Positions 1-15,345 are shown, counted from the stretch's first letter. The stretch: DNA of 39,619 bases from Kofleriaceae bacterium (GCA_046597055.1 JBKJLC010000108.1:1-39619), one strand, 5' to 3'. Notes: generated by a model from the sequence alone, not told the origin. Numbers and translations: made by a program.

Positions 1-152
1 GCTTCGGCCTCCCGGACCGCCTGGCCTAGATGCAGGACGTGCTGCGCTTGTCGACGCCTGGCCACCGGATCGCGGAGGTTTGTCGCGTCGCCCTCATGGG
101 TAGGACCGCCCGGTCGATGGACGAGCGGCGAAGCAGGGCGGGGGGGTAGCGC

Positions 153-4571
<4,419 letters not shown>

Positions 4572-4574
4572 CCC

Positions 4575-5423
4575 ATGGCCCTCGTCGCGACCGCCCCGCC
4601 GCCTGACCACGATCTCGAGACGCTCGAGATCGAGCTGCTACTCACGGGCATCGCGCGCCTCTATGGCTACGACTTTCGGGGCTACGCGCCGGCCTCGCTG
4701 CGGCGGCGTGTGCACCACGCCATGACCAGCGCGGGCGTGCGCACCGTCTCGGAGCTGCAGGCGAAGGTGCTGCACGACGAGCAGGCGCTCGAGCGGCTGC
4801 TGCGCGCCATGACCGTCCACGTCACGGCGATGTTCCGCGACGGCGACTTCTACCAGGCCGTGCGCAAGCTGATCATCCCGCAGCTGCGCACCTATCCGTT
4901 CGTGCGCATCTGGCACGCCGGCTGTTCGACCGGCGAGGAGGTGTACTCGATGGCGATCCTCCTCGAGGAGGAGGGGCTGTACGAGCGCACGCGGCTGTAC
5001 GCGACCGACATCAGCGACAACGCGCTCGACCGGGCCCGCCGGGGCATCTACAAGGCCGACCTCATGCGCAAGTACACCGAGGGCTACCACCGGGCCGGTG
5101 GCACCCAGGACTTCTCGCGCTACTACATCGCCGACGGCGAGCACGCGATCCTGTCGTCGCACCTGCGCCGCAACATCGTCTTCTCGCAGCACAACCTCGG
5201 CTCGGACGGCTCGTTCAACGAGTTCAACATCATCTTCTGCCGCAACGTGATGATCTACTTCGGGACCGAGCTGCGCGATCGCGCGACCAAGCTCCTGCAC
5301 GACAGCCTGGTCCGGTTCGGCTACCTCGCGCTCGGCAAGAAGGAGAGCGTCGACCCGACCCCGATGGCGAGCCGGTTCGAGACGCTGCCCGGCGATCAGC
5401 GCATCTACAAGAGGATCGCGTGA
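4575..5423 (+). CDS. cheR: CheR-type protein-glutamate O-methyltransferase (HK-associated type)
   Basis: YGYDFRGY, VTAMFRD, RIWHAGCSTGEEVYS, ATDI and IFCRNVMIYF motifs; starts 3 bp after the kinase stop. Confidence 0.95.
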   Translation: MALVATAPPPDHDLETLEIELLLTGIARLYGYDFRGYAPASLRRRVHHAMTSAGVRTVSELQAKVLHDEQALERLLRAMTVHVTAMFRDGDFYQAVRKLIIPQLRTYPFVRIWHAGCSTGEEVYSMAILLEEEGLYERTRLYATDISDNALDRARRGIYKADLMRKYTEGYHRAGGTQDFSRYYIADGEHAILSSHLRRNIVFSQHNLGSDGSFNEFNIIFCRNVMIYFGTELRDRATKLLHDSLVRFGYLALGKKESVDPTPMASRFETLPGDQRIYKRIA

Positions 5424-6010
5424 TCCAGCCGGTCGAGCTGGTCGTGATCGGCGCCTCGCTGGGCGGGCTCGAGGCCCTGCAGAAGCTGCTGGCGGTGCTG
5501 CCGCCGTGGATGCCCGCGATCGCGATCGCCCAGCACCGCATCACCGACCACGACGGCCGCCTGCTCGACCTGCTCGGCCTGCACAGCGCGCTGCCCGTGG
5601 TCGAGCCCGACGACAAGACCGCGATCGTGCCCGGCACCGTGTTCCTGGCGCCCAGCGACTATCACCTGCTGGTCGAGCCGGGCTGGTTCTCGCTGTCGAC
5701 CGAGGGCCCGGTCCAGCACGCACGGCCGTCGATCGACGTCCTGTTCGAGACCGCGGCCGACGCCTACGGGGCGCGCACGGTGGCGGTGGCGCTGACCTGC
5801 TCCAGCCTCGACGGGGTCGCCGGCGCGGTCGCGGTCCACCGCCGCGGCGGGTGCGTGCTGGTCCAGGATCCCGACGACGCCCGCAGCCCGATCCTGTCGC
5901 GCGGCGTGATCGCCGAGGGGGTCGCCACCGTGGTCGCCTCGCTCGAGGACCTGCCGGGGCGTCTGGTTCGCGCCTGCGCGGTCGCGGCCACACGGCTGAC
6001 CGCGCGCTGA
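5420..6010 (+). CDS. cheB: CheB methylesterase, catalytic domain only (no receiver)
   Basis: VIGASLGG (Ser), AQHR (His), APSDYHLLV, RPSIDVLF, LTCSSLDG (Asp) and VQDP; GTGA overlap with the cheR stop. Confidence 0.9.
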   Translation: MIQPVELVVIGASLGGLEALQKLLAVLPPWMPAIAIAQHRITDHDGRLLDLLGLHSALPVVEPDDKTAIVPGTVFLAPSDYHLLVEPGWFSLSTEGPVQHARPSIDVLFETAADAYGARTVAVALTCSSLDGVAGAVAVHRRGGCVLVQDPDDARSPILSRGVIAEGVATVVASLEDLPGRLVRACAVAATRLTAR

Positions 6011-6076
6011 CCCGCGCGGCGTCGGGCACGCGCCCGGGGTGGCGGTGCGAGCGCCGGGGTGGCAGCTCCCGGTGCG

Positions 6077-7108
6077 CTAGAGGTTGTCGAGGATCAGCCG
6101 CGGCATGTCCTCGAGCGTGGCCGACCCGTCGGACAGGTTGGCCTCGACCACGCACCGGGGCATGCCGTAGACGACACACGACGACTCGGCCTCGGTGAGC
6201 GTGCGGCCGCCGGCCGCGCGGATCGCGCGCGCGCCCTCGGTGCCGTCGTCGCCCATGCCGGTCAGGACCACGCCGAGGACCCCGGCGCCGTACACCGCGG
6301 CGGCGCTGACGAAGGTGACGTTGACCGACGGGCGGTACAGCCCGTCGCTGGGCTGGCTGGTCAGCCGGACCACCACGCCCTCCCCGTCGGTCGCGAAGGT
6401 CAGGTGGATCCCGCCGCGGGCGAGGACCACCTCGCCGGGGCCGAGCGGCAGGCCGTCCTCGGCCTCGCGGACCCGGAATCCGGTGCTGGCGTCGAGGCGG
6501 CGGGCAAAGGCGTCGGTATACTCGACCGGCAGGTGCACGACGATCGCGATCGGCACCGCGAGGTCAGCCGGCAGCATGGTGAGCAAGCGGGTGATCGCCG
6601 GGGGCCCGCCGGTCGAGGTGCCGATCGCCAGGAGCCGGGTGCGGCCGAGGGTGGGCGCCGGCCGGCTCGGCGCGGGTGGTGCGGGCCGCCGCCGGGCCGG
6701 CTTGAGGTGGGCCGTCGCGGCGGCGAGCACGGTGGCGATCAGCTCCTTGTCGAGGTCGTAGAGGCGATCGGTCGCCAGGCTGGTCGGCTTCCGGACCACC
6801 GCGATCGCGCCCAGCTGCAGCGCCTGGATCCCCAGATCGGTATCGGCCCCGGACACGCTCACCACCACCACCCGCGGGGCGTCGTCGCTGCTCGCGAGCG
6901 CGCGGAGCACGCCGAGGCCGTCGATGACCGGCATCAGCAGATCGAGCGTGACCACGTCGGGCTGGTAGGTCGCGATCTTCTCGAGGGCGTCGGCGCCGTC
7001 CCGGGCGATGTCGACGACCTCGAGGTCGGGATGCGTCGACAGGACCTCGCGCACCACCTTGCGGGCAAACGCGGAGTCATCGACGACGAGCACCCGGATG
7101 GCCATCAC
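6077..7108 (-). CDS. cheB: Chemotaxis response regulator protein-glutamate methylesterase (REC + CheB)
   Basis: N-terminal receiver (VLVVDDS, VTLDLLMP); IGTSTGGP, VVHLP, RPSVN, LTGMGDDG and SCVVYGMP. Confidence 0.95.
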   Translation of the reverse strand: MMAIRVLVVDDSAFARKVVREVLSTHPDLEVVDIARDGADALEKIATYQPDVVTLDLLMPVIDGLGVLRALASSDDAPRVVVVSVSGADTDLGIQALQLGAIAVVRKPTSLATDRLYDLDKELIATVLAAATAHLKPARRRPAPPAPSRPAPTLGRTRLLAIGTSTGGPPAITRLLTMLPADLAVPIAIVVHLPVEYTDAFARRLDASTGFRVREAEDGLPLGPGEVVLARGGIHLTFATDGEGVVVRLTSQPSDGLYRPSVNVTFVSAAAVYGAGVLGVVLTGMGDDGTEGARAIRAAGGRTLTEAESSCVVYGMPRCVVEANLSDGSATLEDMPRLILDNL

Positions 7109-7935
7109 TGCACCTTGCGGTAGTAGAACACCCCGTCGTGCTCCTCGCAGCGCAAGGAAACGCCGAAGCGTAGCAAAGACTCCGAGATCCCGATCAGCAG
7201 GATCCCGCCGACGACCAGCCGCTCGGCCAGGGCGGCGACCACCTGGCGGACGGTCTCGTCGTCGAAGTAGATGAGCACGTTACGGCACAGGATCACGTCG
7301 CACGCCGGCGTCGCCGCCAGGGCCAGCGGCTCGATCAGGTTGAGCCGGCGCCACTGGATCGCCTCGTGGAGGGCGGCGGCGACCCGGACCCGGCCGTCGG
7401 GCTCGACCGTCATGAACCGTTCGACCAGCGTCGGGTCGGGCACCCGCCGCAAGGCGCGCGCCGACCACACCCCGCCCCGCCGGCGCGCCAGCACCCGCTC
7501 GCTCAGGTCGCTGGCGACCAGCTCGGTGCGGTCCAGGAGGCCCTGGGCCGACAGGATCATCGCCAGCGACAGCGGCTCCTCGCCGGCGGCGCACGCGGCC
7601 GACCAGACCCGCGGCCGCTCGCCCCGCTCGATGGCCGGCGCGATGAACCGCGCCGCGATCATCGCGAGCGCCTCGTACTCGCGGAAGAAGTAGGACTCGT
7701 TGACGACCAGCGCATCGGCGAGCGCCGACAGCTCGACCCCGTCGGGGTCGTCGTAACGCAGGTGATAGTAGTAGTCGAGCAGCGACTCGAACCCGGCCTC
7801 CAGCGCGCGCATGCCCAGCCGGTCCGCGATCAGCTCGCGATCTTCGGGGCGGTAGTGGATCCCGAGCCGCTCGCGCACGAACGCGCTCAGGATCGCGTGC
7901 AGCTGCGGGGTCAGCTCGGGCGTCAGCGCGGGCAT
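7105..7935 (-). CDS. cheR: CheR methyltransferase of the Che7-like operon
   Basis: VNESYFFRE, RVWSAACAAGEEP, ASDLS and ILCRNVLIYFD; start moved to the ATG at 7935 (MPALTP), just after the HEAT gene stop. Confidence 0.93.
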   Translation of the reverse strand: MPALTPELTPQLHAILSAFVRERLGIHYRPEDRELIADRLGMRALEAGFESLLDYYYHLRYDDPDGVELSALADALVVNESYFFREYEALAMIAARFIAPAIERGERPRVWSAACAAGEEPLSLAMILSAQGLLDRTELVASDLSERVLARRRGGVWSARALRRVPDPTLVERFMTVEPDGRVRVAAALHEAIQWRRLNLIEPLALAATPACDVILCRNVLIYFDDETVRQVVAALAERLVVGGILLIGISESLLRFGVSLRCEEHDGVFYYRKVQ

Positions 7936-7939
7936 GGCA

Positions 7940-10297
7940 TCACTGCGCCAGCAACAGGACCGCGATCCGGCGGACCTCGACATCCGGGTCGTCGGTCGCG
8001 GCCCGGCGCAGGGCGACCAGCGCGGTCGGCTCCGACTGCGCCGCCACCGCGGTCGCCGCCGCCTTGCGCGCGGGCGGCTGGCCGCTGACCAGGACGTCGC
8101 GCAGGCGCTGGTCGGCCTCGGGCCGGCGCATCCGGGCCAGGGCCGCGACCAGGAATGGCGCCAGCTGGTCGTCGGCGCGGACCAGCGCGGCCTCCAGGGC
8201 CGCGGCCCGGCCCTCGACCGGCAAGGCCAGCGCGGTGATCAGCCGCTCGGTGTCCGCCCCCACGGCCAGCCGCGCGATCAGGGCGTCGGTGGCCAGGGCG
8301 CCGGCCCGGGACGCCAGGAACCCGATCGCGGCGTTGCGCACCGCCTCGTCGGGGTCGTCGCTGGCGGTGGTCAGGGCGGCCAGCACCGCGTCGCTGCCCT
8401 CGAAGTCGGCGATCCCGGCGATCGCGACCAGGCGGGTCGACGGGTCGTTTGACCGGACCGCTTCGATCAGCACCGGCTCGGCCTCGGGCCGGCGCGAGAT
8501 CCCGAGCCCGACCAGCGCGGCGCGGTGGACGTCGGGGTCGGTCGAGCGGACCGCGGTGCGCAGCGCCTCGAACGCGACCTCGCTCCGCAGGTGGGACAGC
8601 GCCTCGATCGCGGCGACCCGGACCTGCCCGGCCGGGTCCTCGAGCAACCGCGTGATCGCCTGCGCGGCGGCCTCGACCCCGAGCCGGCCCAGACTCTGGC
8701 ACGCGTAGTAGCGGGCCCAGGCATCGCCGTCGCCGAGCAGCCGCAGCAACATCGAGGTGACCCGGATCTCGTCGCGGCACCGGCCCAGCGCGCGGGCGGC
8801 CGACGCCCGCTTGCGGTGGTGGGGGTCGCGGGCCAGCCGAAGCAGCTCGTCGAGCGCGCGCGGGTCCTGGATGAACGGCAGGCCCTGGATCGCGGCGTCG
8901 GCCACCCGCGGCTCGTCGTCGTCGAGCGCGCGCAGCAGCACCGGCAGCGCGCCGGCCCAGCCGAAGTACGACAGGATCCGGATCGCCGCGCCGCGGGTCG
9001 AGGCGAACTCGGAGCCGGCCGCACCCAGCGCCAGGCGCTCGACCGAGGGCCCGCCGATCGCCTGGATCGCCGCCACCGCGGCATGGGCCACCCGCGGGTT
9101 GGCGTCGACCAGCACCCGGAACAGCGCGGGGGTCTCGGTGGTCGCGCCGATCCGCGCCAGCGCCTCGCAGGCCGCGACCCGGACCCGGGGGTCGCTGTCC
9201 TCGAGACAGCCGGCGACCGCGGCCGCCACCGACCGCCGCGACAGCAGCGGCAACAGGATCAGGCGTCGGGCCGGGTCGCCGGTGACCAGCGACGAGACCA
9301 GCTCGGCGTCGGCGACCTCGGCCAGGGTCGACAGCGCCCGGGCCGCGGCCTCGGCGACCGTCGCATCGGCGTCGAGCAAGCGCACCAGCGCCACCACCGC
9401 CTCGGCGCCGCCGAGCACGCCGAGCACCCACGCGATCGCCACCTGCTCGACGGCATCGGCGCCGGTCAGCGCCCGGATCAGCCGGCGCGCCATCGCCGGC
9501 TGGGTGAGCTCGCGCAGCGCGGCGGTGATCGGGGCCCCGTAGCCGACCCGGGCCGCGTGGCGCTGCTCGAGCTCGAGCAAGGCGGTGGCGCCGATCCGCG
9601 CCATCGCGTCGGACGGCCCCAGCAGCAGGCTGGCCAGCGGGGCGGTGGCGTGGCGCTCGCCGCTGCGACCGAGCGCGCGGGCCGCCTCGGTCGCCAGGTG
9701 CGGGAGCGTGAGCAGCGCCGCCAGCGGCTCGACCACGCGGGGATCCCCGCTGCGGCCGAGGACGTCGATGGCCGGAAAGGCGCGAAAGAACCCGCCGGTC
9801 TTCACGGTCTCGACCAGGGCCTCGACCGCGGCGCGGCCGCCGATGCGGCCGAGCGCCTCGATCGACGCCACCGCCACGTTGTCGTCGGCGTGGCCGGCCA
9901 GCTCGACCAGGAGCGGCACCGAGGTCACCGACCGGCGTCGCCCCAGGATCTGGGCCACGTCGGCGACCACCGCCGGCGGTGCCAGCTCGCCGAGCTGGAT
10001 GACGGTGGCGTCGGTCGAGGGGCCGGTGCAGGCGACCAGCGCGTCGACCACCGCGGCGATCCGGGTCTCGTCTTCGCGCTCGGTCGCGAGGGCCGCGCAC
10101 AGCGGGCCGCTGGCCTCGTCGCCGCGCGCGGCCAGCGCCGAGATCACGGCCCGCCGCACCGCCCAGCTCGGGTCGGTCAGCATCGCCAGCAGGGGCGGCA
10201 CCGGCGACTCTTCGAGCAGGAGCAAGCGATCCACCCGCTGGATGCGGGACAGCTCGTCGGGCGAGAGCGTGCTGGGCGGCGCCGTCGGCCTGGTCAC
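7940..10297 (-). CDS. HEAT/PBS-lyase repeat protein (Cpc7-like by position in a Che7-type operon)
   Basis: Many L.D.d..VR..A..ALg repeats ([52 protein letters not shown]); lies between mcp and cheR; GTGA overlap with the mcp stop. Confidence 0.9.
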   Translation of the reverse strand: MTRPTAPPSTLSPDELSRIQRVDRLLLLEESPVPPLLAMLTDPSWAVRRAVISALAARGDEASGPLCAALATEREDETRIAAVVDALVACTGPSTDATVIQLGELAPPAVVADVAQILGRRRSVTSVPLLVELAGHADDNVAVASIEALGRIGGRAAVEALVETVKTGGFFRAFPAIDVLGRSGDPRVVEPLAALLTLPHLATEAARALGRSGERHATAPLASLLLGPSDAMARIGATALLELEQRHAARVGYGAPITAALRELTQPAMARRLIRALTGADAVEQVAIAWVLGVLGGAEAVVALVRLLDADATVAEAAARALSTLAEVADAELVSSLVTGDPARRLILLPLLSRRSVAAAVAGCLEDSDPRVRVAACEALARIGATTETPALFRVLVDANPRVAHAAVAAIQAIGGPSVERLALGAAGSEFASTRGAAIRILSYFGWAGALPVLLRALDDDEPRVADAAIQGLPFIQDPRALDELLRLARDPHHRKRASAARALGRCRDEIRVTSMLLRLLGDGDAWARYYACQSLGRLGVEAAAQAITRLLEDPAGQVRVAAIEALSHLRSEVAFEALRTAVRSTDPDVHRAALVGLGISRRPEAEPVLIEAVRSNDPSTRLVAIAGIADFEGSDAVLAALTTASDDPDEAVRNAAIGFLASRAGALATDALIARLAVGADTERLITALALPVEGRAAALEAALVRADDQLAPFLVAALARMRRPEADQRLRDVLVSGQPPARKAAATAVAAQSEPTALVALRRAATDDPDVEVRRIAVLLLAQ

Positions 10298-12822
10298 GCC
10301 GGCTCCGACCGAGAGCCGTTGCGCGCCCCCTCGCCCAGGCTGATCGCGATCGCCTTGAGCGCCTCGAGGTGGGTCTCGTTGCTGGCGCGGAGCCGACCGA
10401 TCTGGCCGGCGACCGCCTCGACGTCGGCGGCCTGCTCGACCGCGGTGCGCGCCTGCTGGCCGGCAGCGAGCGCGACCTCGCGGGCCCGCGACCGCATCTC
10501 GGCGAAGCCGCGCGCCAGGTCATCGGCCGACCCCGCCTGCTCGGCGGCGCCGCGCGCCAGGGTCGCCATCGCGGCGATCTGGCGGCTCGCGGTCGCGGCC
10601 AGCGCCACCGTCGCGGTGGCCTGCTCGCCGAGCGCGCGCGCGGTCTGCCGGGCGACCCGCCGGACCTCCTCGCCTTCCTTGACCAGCGCGCCGGTGGCGC
10701 CGGCCTGCTCGGCGGTGGCGGCGGTGATCGATCCGGCGGTCTTGGCGACCTGCCGGGCGACCGACTCGATGTGCCGGGTGACCCGGCTCTGCTCGCCGAG
10801 CGCGCGCGCCGAGTGGGCGGCCTGCTTGCGGGCATCCTCCATCGCCCGGGCGATCTCGCCAGCCGACCGCGCCTGCTCGGCGATCGCGACGACGGTCCGC
10901 TCGATCGCGGCGGTCGACTCCTGCGACTCGGCCGCGGTCGCGCCCAGGGCGCGACTCTGGTCGACCATGGCCACGGACATCTGGTTGGTCAGCACCCGCA
11001 TGCGGGCGGCCGCCTTGGCCAGCTCGGTGGCGCCCACCGCCTGCTCGGCGGTGACCTTCGACATCTTCTCGGCGTTCTGGGCCAGCGCGCTGTTGGACTT
11101 CAGCAGATCGCGCACGGTCTTGGCCTGCTCGATGGTCGCCTCGCGGGTCTGCCGCGCCATCCGCCGCATCTCCTGACCGGCGGTCGCCAGCGCGCTGGTC
11201 GCGGTGGTCTGCTCGGCGGCCGCGTGCGCGACCAGCCGGCCCTCCTCGCTGGAGCGGCCGGTGGCGGCGGTCACCGCCTGGACCGCGGTGAGCTGCTCGT
11301 TGGCGGCGCGGTCGATGTCCTTGACCGAGGCGCCCAGCGCGTCGACCCCGCCGAGGATCGTGCTGAGCGCGCGCTCGGCGTCGCCGGCCAGCCGCTGGCC
11401 TTCGTCGGCCACCTTGAGGCCCTCGGTTGATGAGGTGACCGCCTCGCGGGCCGACGTCTGCAGCCCGCGGACGATCTTGGCGATGTCGGCGCTGGCGGCC
11501 GCGGCGCGATCGGCCAGCGCGCGGATCTCCTCGGCGACCACCGCGAACCCGCGGCCGTGCTCGCCGGCGCGGGCCGCCTCGATGCTGGCGTTGAGCGACA
11601 AGAGGTTCGTGCGATCGGCGATCATGTTGATGGTCCGCACGATGTCGCCGATGTCCTCGGCGCGCTGGCCCATGTCCTTGATCACGGTCGATGAGCCGAC
11701 CATCGCGCGCCGGATCTCGCCGAAGCCGGCGATCGAGCGGACCACGATCGCGCCGCCGTCGCGGGCGATGGTCGCGGTCTGATCGGCGCTCTGCCGGGCG
11801 GCGGTGACGATGCCCACCACCCGGCGGGTCGAGGTCTCGAGCTGCTGGGCGGCGGTGGCGCTGGTCCCGGCCAGCAGGCTGATCTGGTCGGCGCTCTGCC
11901 CGACCGCCTTGGCCGAGCGGGCGACCTGCTCGATCGCGGCCGCGTTGGACTCGACCACCTGCGCGTTCTTCTCGGCGGTGGCGGCGACCTCCTCGATCGA
12001 CGCGGCGACCTCGGTGAGATTGGCGGCCGACGCGGCGGCGTCGCGCTCGAGCGCCTTGGTGCCCTCGGCGGCCGCGGCCGCGCTGCGCGCCATCTCTTCG
12101 GCGGTGGCGGCGGTCTCCTCGACCGCGCCGGCGGTCTCGGCGACGTCGCGGGAGACCCGGTCGAGCGCAGCCGCGGCGGCGACCACGCCGGTGACCATGG
12201 TCGTGATCCGGGTGCCGGTCGCGCGGGTGTCAGCGGCCAGCCGGGTGACGCCCTTCGACATCTCCTCGATGGTGCCGGCGACCTCCTCGATGCCGGCCGC
12301 GTTGTGCTCGCCCCGGGCCGACAGGTCGGCGACGGTCGCGCTGTTCTCGGTGGCCGCGGCGAGCAGCTGCTCGCTCGAGGCTTCCAGCTCCTCGGCGTGC
12401 GCGGCCACGCCCTTGATCGATCGGGCGACCTGCTCGAGCGTGGTCGCGGTGTTCTCGACCGAGGTGGCCAGGAGGTCGCTGTCCTTCTTGACCGCGGCGA
12501 TCGACGCGGTCAGCTGGGCCAGGCCCTGGCCGGTCGACTCGGTCCCGCCCTGGACCTCGCGCAGGGTCTCGCTGGTGCGAGCCTGGGCCCGGGCCAGGGT
12601 CTCGACCGCGCCGGCGGCGTCCTCGAGCCTACCGGCGACGGTCGCGATCGCGGTCCGGACCTGCTCGCCGGTGGCGGCCTGCTCGTGGCCGGCGCCGGCC
12701 AGCCGGGTCGCCGCGGCGTCGACGGCGCGGACCAGATCGGCCGACTCCTGCACGATGCGGATCGCGTCGGCGGTGCGGTTGGGGACGGGCGCTGCGGCGG
12801 CGGGCACGGGCTCACTGGCCAT
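10294..12822 (-). CDS. mcp: Soluble methyl-accepting chemotaxis protein, 842 aa, with no TM segment and no recognisable sensory domain
   Basis: Signalling tip [37 protein letters not shown]; start placed at ATG 12822 (MASEPV) behind GAGGAG; the rest is Ala-rich heptad coiled coil. Confidence 0.93.
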   Translation of the reverse strand: MASEPVPAAAAPVPNRTADAIRIVQESADLVRAVDAAATRLAGAGHEQAATGEQVRTAIATVAGRLEDAAGAVETLARAQARTSETLREVQGGTESTGQGLAQLTASIAAVKKDSDLLATSVENTATTLEQVARSIKGVAAHAEELEASSEQLLAAATENSATVADLSARGEHNAAGIEEVAGTIEEMSKGVTRLAADTRATGTRITTMVTGVVAAAAALDRVSRDVAETAGAVEETAATAEEMARSAAAAAEGTKALERDAAASAANLTEVAASIEEVAATAEKNAQVVESNAAAIEQVARSAKAVGQSADQISLLAGTSATAAQQLETSTRRVVGIVTAARQSADQTATIARDGGAIVVRSIAGFGEIRRAMVGSSTVIKDMGQRAEDIGDIVRTINMIADRTNLLSLNASIEAARAGEHGRGFAVVAEEIRALADRAAAASADIAKIVRGLQTSAREAVTSSTEGLKVADEGQRLAGDAERALSTILGGVDALGASVKDIDRAANEQLTAVQAVTAATGRSSEEGRLVAHAAAEQTTATSALATAGQEMRRMARQTREATIEQAKTVRDLLKSNSALAQNAEKMSKVTAEQAVGATELAKAAARMRVLTNQMSVAMVDQSRALGATAAESQESTAAIERTVVAIAEQARSAGEIARAMEDARKQAAHSARALGEQSRVTRHIESVARQVAKTAGSITAATAEQAGATGALVKEGEEVRRVARQTARALGEQATATVALAATASRQIAAMATLARGAAEQAGSADDLARGFAEMRSRAREVALAAGQQARTAVEQAADVEAVAGQIGRLRASNETHLEALKAIAISLGEGARNGSRSEPA

Positions 12823-13306
12823 TGGATGGCTCCTCTCCGAGAATGCGGGCGAGATTGACGATGAACAGCAGCCGGGGCCCGACCTGGGCGATCGCACGGA
12901 TGAACCCGGCGCTGGTGTGCTCGAGCGCTGGTGGCACCGGCTGGATCGCGCCGGCCGGCACGACCAGCACCTCCCGAGCCCGGTCGACCCGCAGCCCGAC
13001 CACCCGATCACCGCTCGACGCGATGATGACCCGGGCGTCGCCGTCGTCGGCGTCGCTGACCGCGGCGACGCCGAACCGGGCGCGCAGGTCGAGGACCGGC
13101 ACCACCCGGCCCCGCACCTGCATCAGCCCGATGACCCAGGACGGCACGCCCGGCACCGGCGTCGCGCCCACGAACGACTCCATCTGCACGACCTGGCTGG
13201 CGGCCAGCGCGTACTCGGCAGCGCCGACCCGGAACACGACGTGAAGGGCGTCGGTCTCGGCCGGCGCGCTGACGGCGGCCCGGGTCAGCGCGAGCGCTTC
13301 GGTCAT
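12812..13306 (-). CDS. cheW: CheW coupling protein
   Basis: [39 protein letters not shown] and VGLRVD; ATGA overlap with the cheA stop. Confidence 0.95.
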   Translation of the reverse strand: MTEALALTRAAVSAPAETDALHVVFRVGAAEYALAASQVVQMESFVGATPVPGVPSWVIGLMQVRGRVVPVLDLRARFGVAAVSDADDGDARVIIASSGDRVVGLRVDRAREVLVVPAGAIQPVPPALEHTSAGFIRAIAQVGPRLLFIVNLARILGEEPSNGQ

Positions 13307-15345
13307 GCCGCGCTCACGCGGCTGGCGGCAGTGACCAGCGACGCCGACAAGGCGACCAGATCGACCACCAGCACCGGCCGTCCGTCGCCGAGGTCGGTCG
13401 AGCCCGTGACGCCGGTGACCCGGACCAGCGGGTCGAGCACCGGGCGCACCACGACCTCCTGGTGACCGAGCACGCGATCGACCAGGAACGCGTACGGCGC
13501 GCCGCCGCGGCGCACGACGATCGCCTTGGGATGCAGCCCGGCCGGGACCCCGCTCGGCCCCACCGGCAGCCCGAACAGCTCGGCCAGATCGATCAACGGC
13601 ACCGGGGCGCCCCGGCGCTCGATCAGCTTGATCTCGATCAGGGCGCCGGCCCGCTGCGGGCCGCGGGTGGTCTGGGTCCCGTCGATCTCGATCACCTCGT
13701 CGACCGAGGCCACCGGGACCACGAACACCTGACCGCGGGCGCTGAACGAGAACGCGTCGATGATCGTGATCGACAGCGGCACCCGCAGCGTGAAGGTGGT
13801 GCCCCGACCGGCGGTGGTGACCATGCGGAGCTCGCCGCCGAGCTCGCGCACCACCCGCTGGACGATGTCGACCCCGAGGCCGCGGCCGCTGGTCTCGGTC
13901 GCCGCGGCGACCGTCGACAGGCCCGGGGTGCCCAGCAGCTCGAGCAGCTCGTCGTCGCTGGTCGGGACCGGCTTGCCGGCCCGGCGCGCGACCGCCTCGC
14001 GATCGACCCCACCGCCGTCATCGCTGATGGCCAGCTCGAGCTGGTTGTTGCTGCGGTCGTGACACGACACCCGGATCCGGCCCTCGGCCGGCTTGCCGCG
14101 CGCGGTCCGCGCCGCGGCCGGCTCGATCGCGTGATCGACCGCGTTGCGGATCAGGTGGACGACCGCCGGGAACAGCCGCTCGGCGACCGACTTGTCGAGC
14201 TCGGCCCGGCCGGCGTCGATCTCGACCGACACCGCCTTGCCGGTCGAGCGGCCCAGGCCGCGGACCAGCAGCGGCACCCGCTCGAGCAGCTCGGCCACCG
14301 AGACCATCCGGGCCCGCATGATCGCGCCCCGCAGATCGCGCAGCTGGCGGGCGCTCTCGGCGACGATCTCGTCGAGCGCGCGGGTGTCGACCCCACGCGC
14401 GGCCAGCTCGGCGGTCGCGCGGGCCATGCGGAACCGGGTGACGATCAGCGCGCTCAGCCGCTCGAGCGCGTCGTCGAGCCGCGTCACCTCGACCCGGACC
14501 ACCCGGCCGCCGTGGCTCGCGGCCTCGAACCGATCGTCGTCGGGTGGCTCGAACACCGGGTCGGTGGTGGTGGGGCTGATCGCGCGCTCGGCGCGCCGGG
14601 CGAGCTCGGCCACGTTGCCGCGGTCGCCGCCGACCGCCTCGGCCAGCTCGGCCTCCTGGCCGGCGTGCAGCACGATCATCGAGAAGCAGATGCCGGCGGG
14701 GGTCAGCTCGTCCCGGGGCCGCGCGATCGGGATCACGCGCACGATCTCGCCGATCCGGGCGATCCGCTCGCGGACCACGGTGATGTTGAGCCCGGCCGCG
14801 GCGTGGATCGCGGTCGGGACGAAGTCGACCCGGCTGCAACACAGCCCGGTGGCGACGCCCTGGGCGATCTGCTCGCGGTCGGAGAGCGACAGCTTGTCGT
14901 CGATCGCGGGGTCGAACTGGATCGGCGGCGCCTCCGCACGCGCCGGCTCGAGTCGGTCGTCGAGCGCGGCAAAGCCGTCGAGCAGCAGCGTGGGCGCCGG
15001 CGGGACCGGCTGGCGCTCGGCGACCCGGTGCAGGCGCTGCTCGACCGCGCGGATGCCCTGGGCCAAAAGGTCGAGCGACCGGGGCGGGATCCGGCCACCG
15101 GCCTGCTCGCCGGCGCGGGCCACGACCTCCATCGCATGGGTGAGCGCGACGATCGGCTCGACGCCGATCATCGCGGACAGGCCCTTGATCGTGTGGAGCG
15201 ATCGAAAGATCTCGCGGACCGCCTTGGGATGCGGCGTGCCGGCGCCGCGCTCGATCGCCACCAGGTGCCGGGCCACGCTCGCGACGTGCTCCTCGACCTC
15301 GGCCAGGTAACCGTCGAGGAAGGCCTCGCGGTCGACACCCGTCAT
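13303..15345 (-). CDS. cheA: CheA histidine kinase (Hpt, dimerisation, HATPase, CheW-like P5)
   Basis: IFRSLHTIKG (Hpt His), HLIRNAVDH, DDGGG, SGRGLGVDIV, GTTFTLRVPLS and C-terminal LGDGRPVLVVD. Confidence 0.96.
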   Translation of the reverse strand: MTGVDREAFLDGYLAEVEEHVASVARHLVAIERGAGTPHPKAVREIFRSLHTIKGLSAMIGVEPIVALTHAMEVVARAGEQAGGRIPPRSLDLLAQGIRAVEQRLHRVAERQPVPPAPTLLLDGFAALDDRLEPARAEAPPIQFDPAIDDKLSLSDREQIAQGVATGLCCSRVDFVPTAIHAAAGLNITVVRERIARIGEIVRVIPIARPRDELTPAGICFSMIVLHAGQEAELAEAVGGDRGNVAELARRAERAISPTTTDPVFEPPDDDRFEAASHGGRVVRVEVTRLDDALERLSALIVTRFRMARATAELAARGVDTRALDEIVAESARQLRDLRGAIMRARMVSVAELLERVPLLVRGLGRSTGKAVSVEIDAGRAELDKSVAERLFPAVVHLIRNAVDHAIEPAAARTARGKPAEGRIRVSCHDRSNNQLELAISDDGGGVDREAVARRAGKPVPTSDDELLELLGTPGLSTVAAATETSGRGLGVDIVQRVVRELGGELRMVTTAGRGTTFTLRVPLSITIIDAFSFSARGQVFVVPVASVDEVIEIDGTQTTRGPQRAGALIEIKLIERRGAPVPLIDLAELFGLPVGPSGVPAGLHPKAIVVRRGGAPYAFLVDRVLGHQEVVVRPVLDPLVRVTGVTGSTDLGDGRPVLVVDLVALSASLVTAASRVSAA

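Noticed and set aside
1..29. Possible 3' end of an upstream gene (FGLPDRLA*, TAG at 27-29)
   Set aside because: Too short to support a call.
6011..6076. Short direct repeat ccggggtggc x2 and a possible terminator between the convergent cheB genes
   Set aside because: A 10-bp GC-rich repeat is expected by chance; no convincing stem with a U-tract.
12823..13011. N-terminal extension of the MCP ORF as a possible sensory domain
   Set aside because: It lies inside cheW in another frame; a GAGGAG RBS supports ATG 12822.
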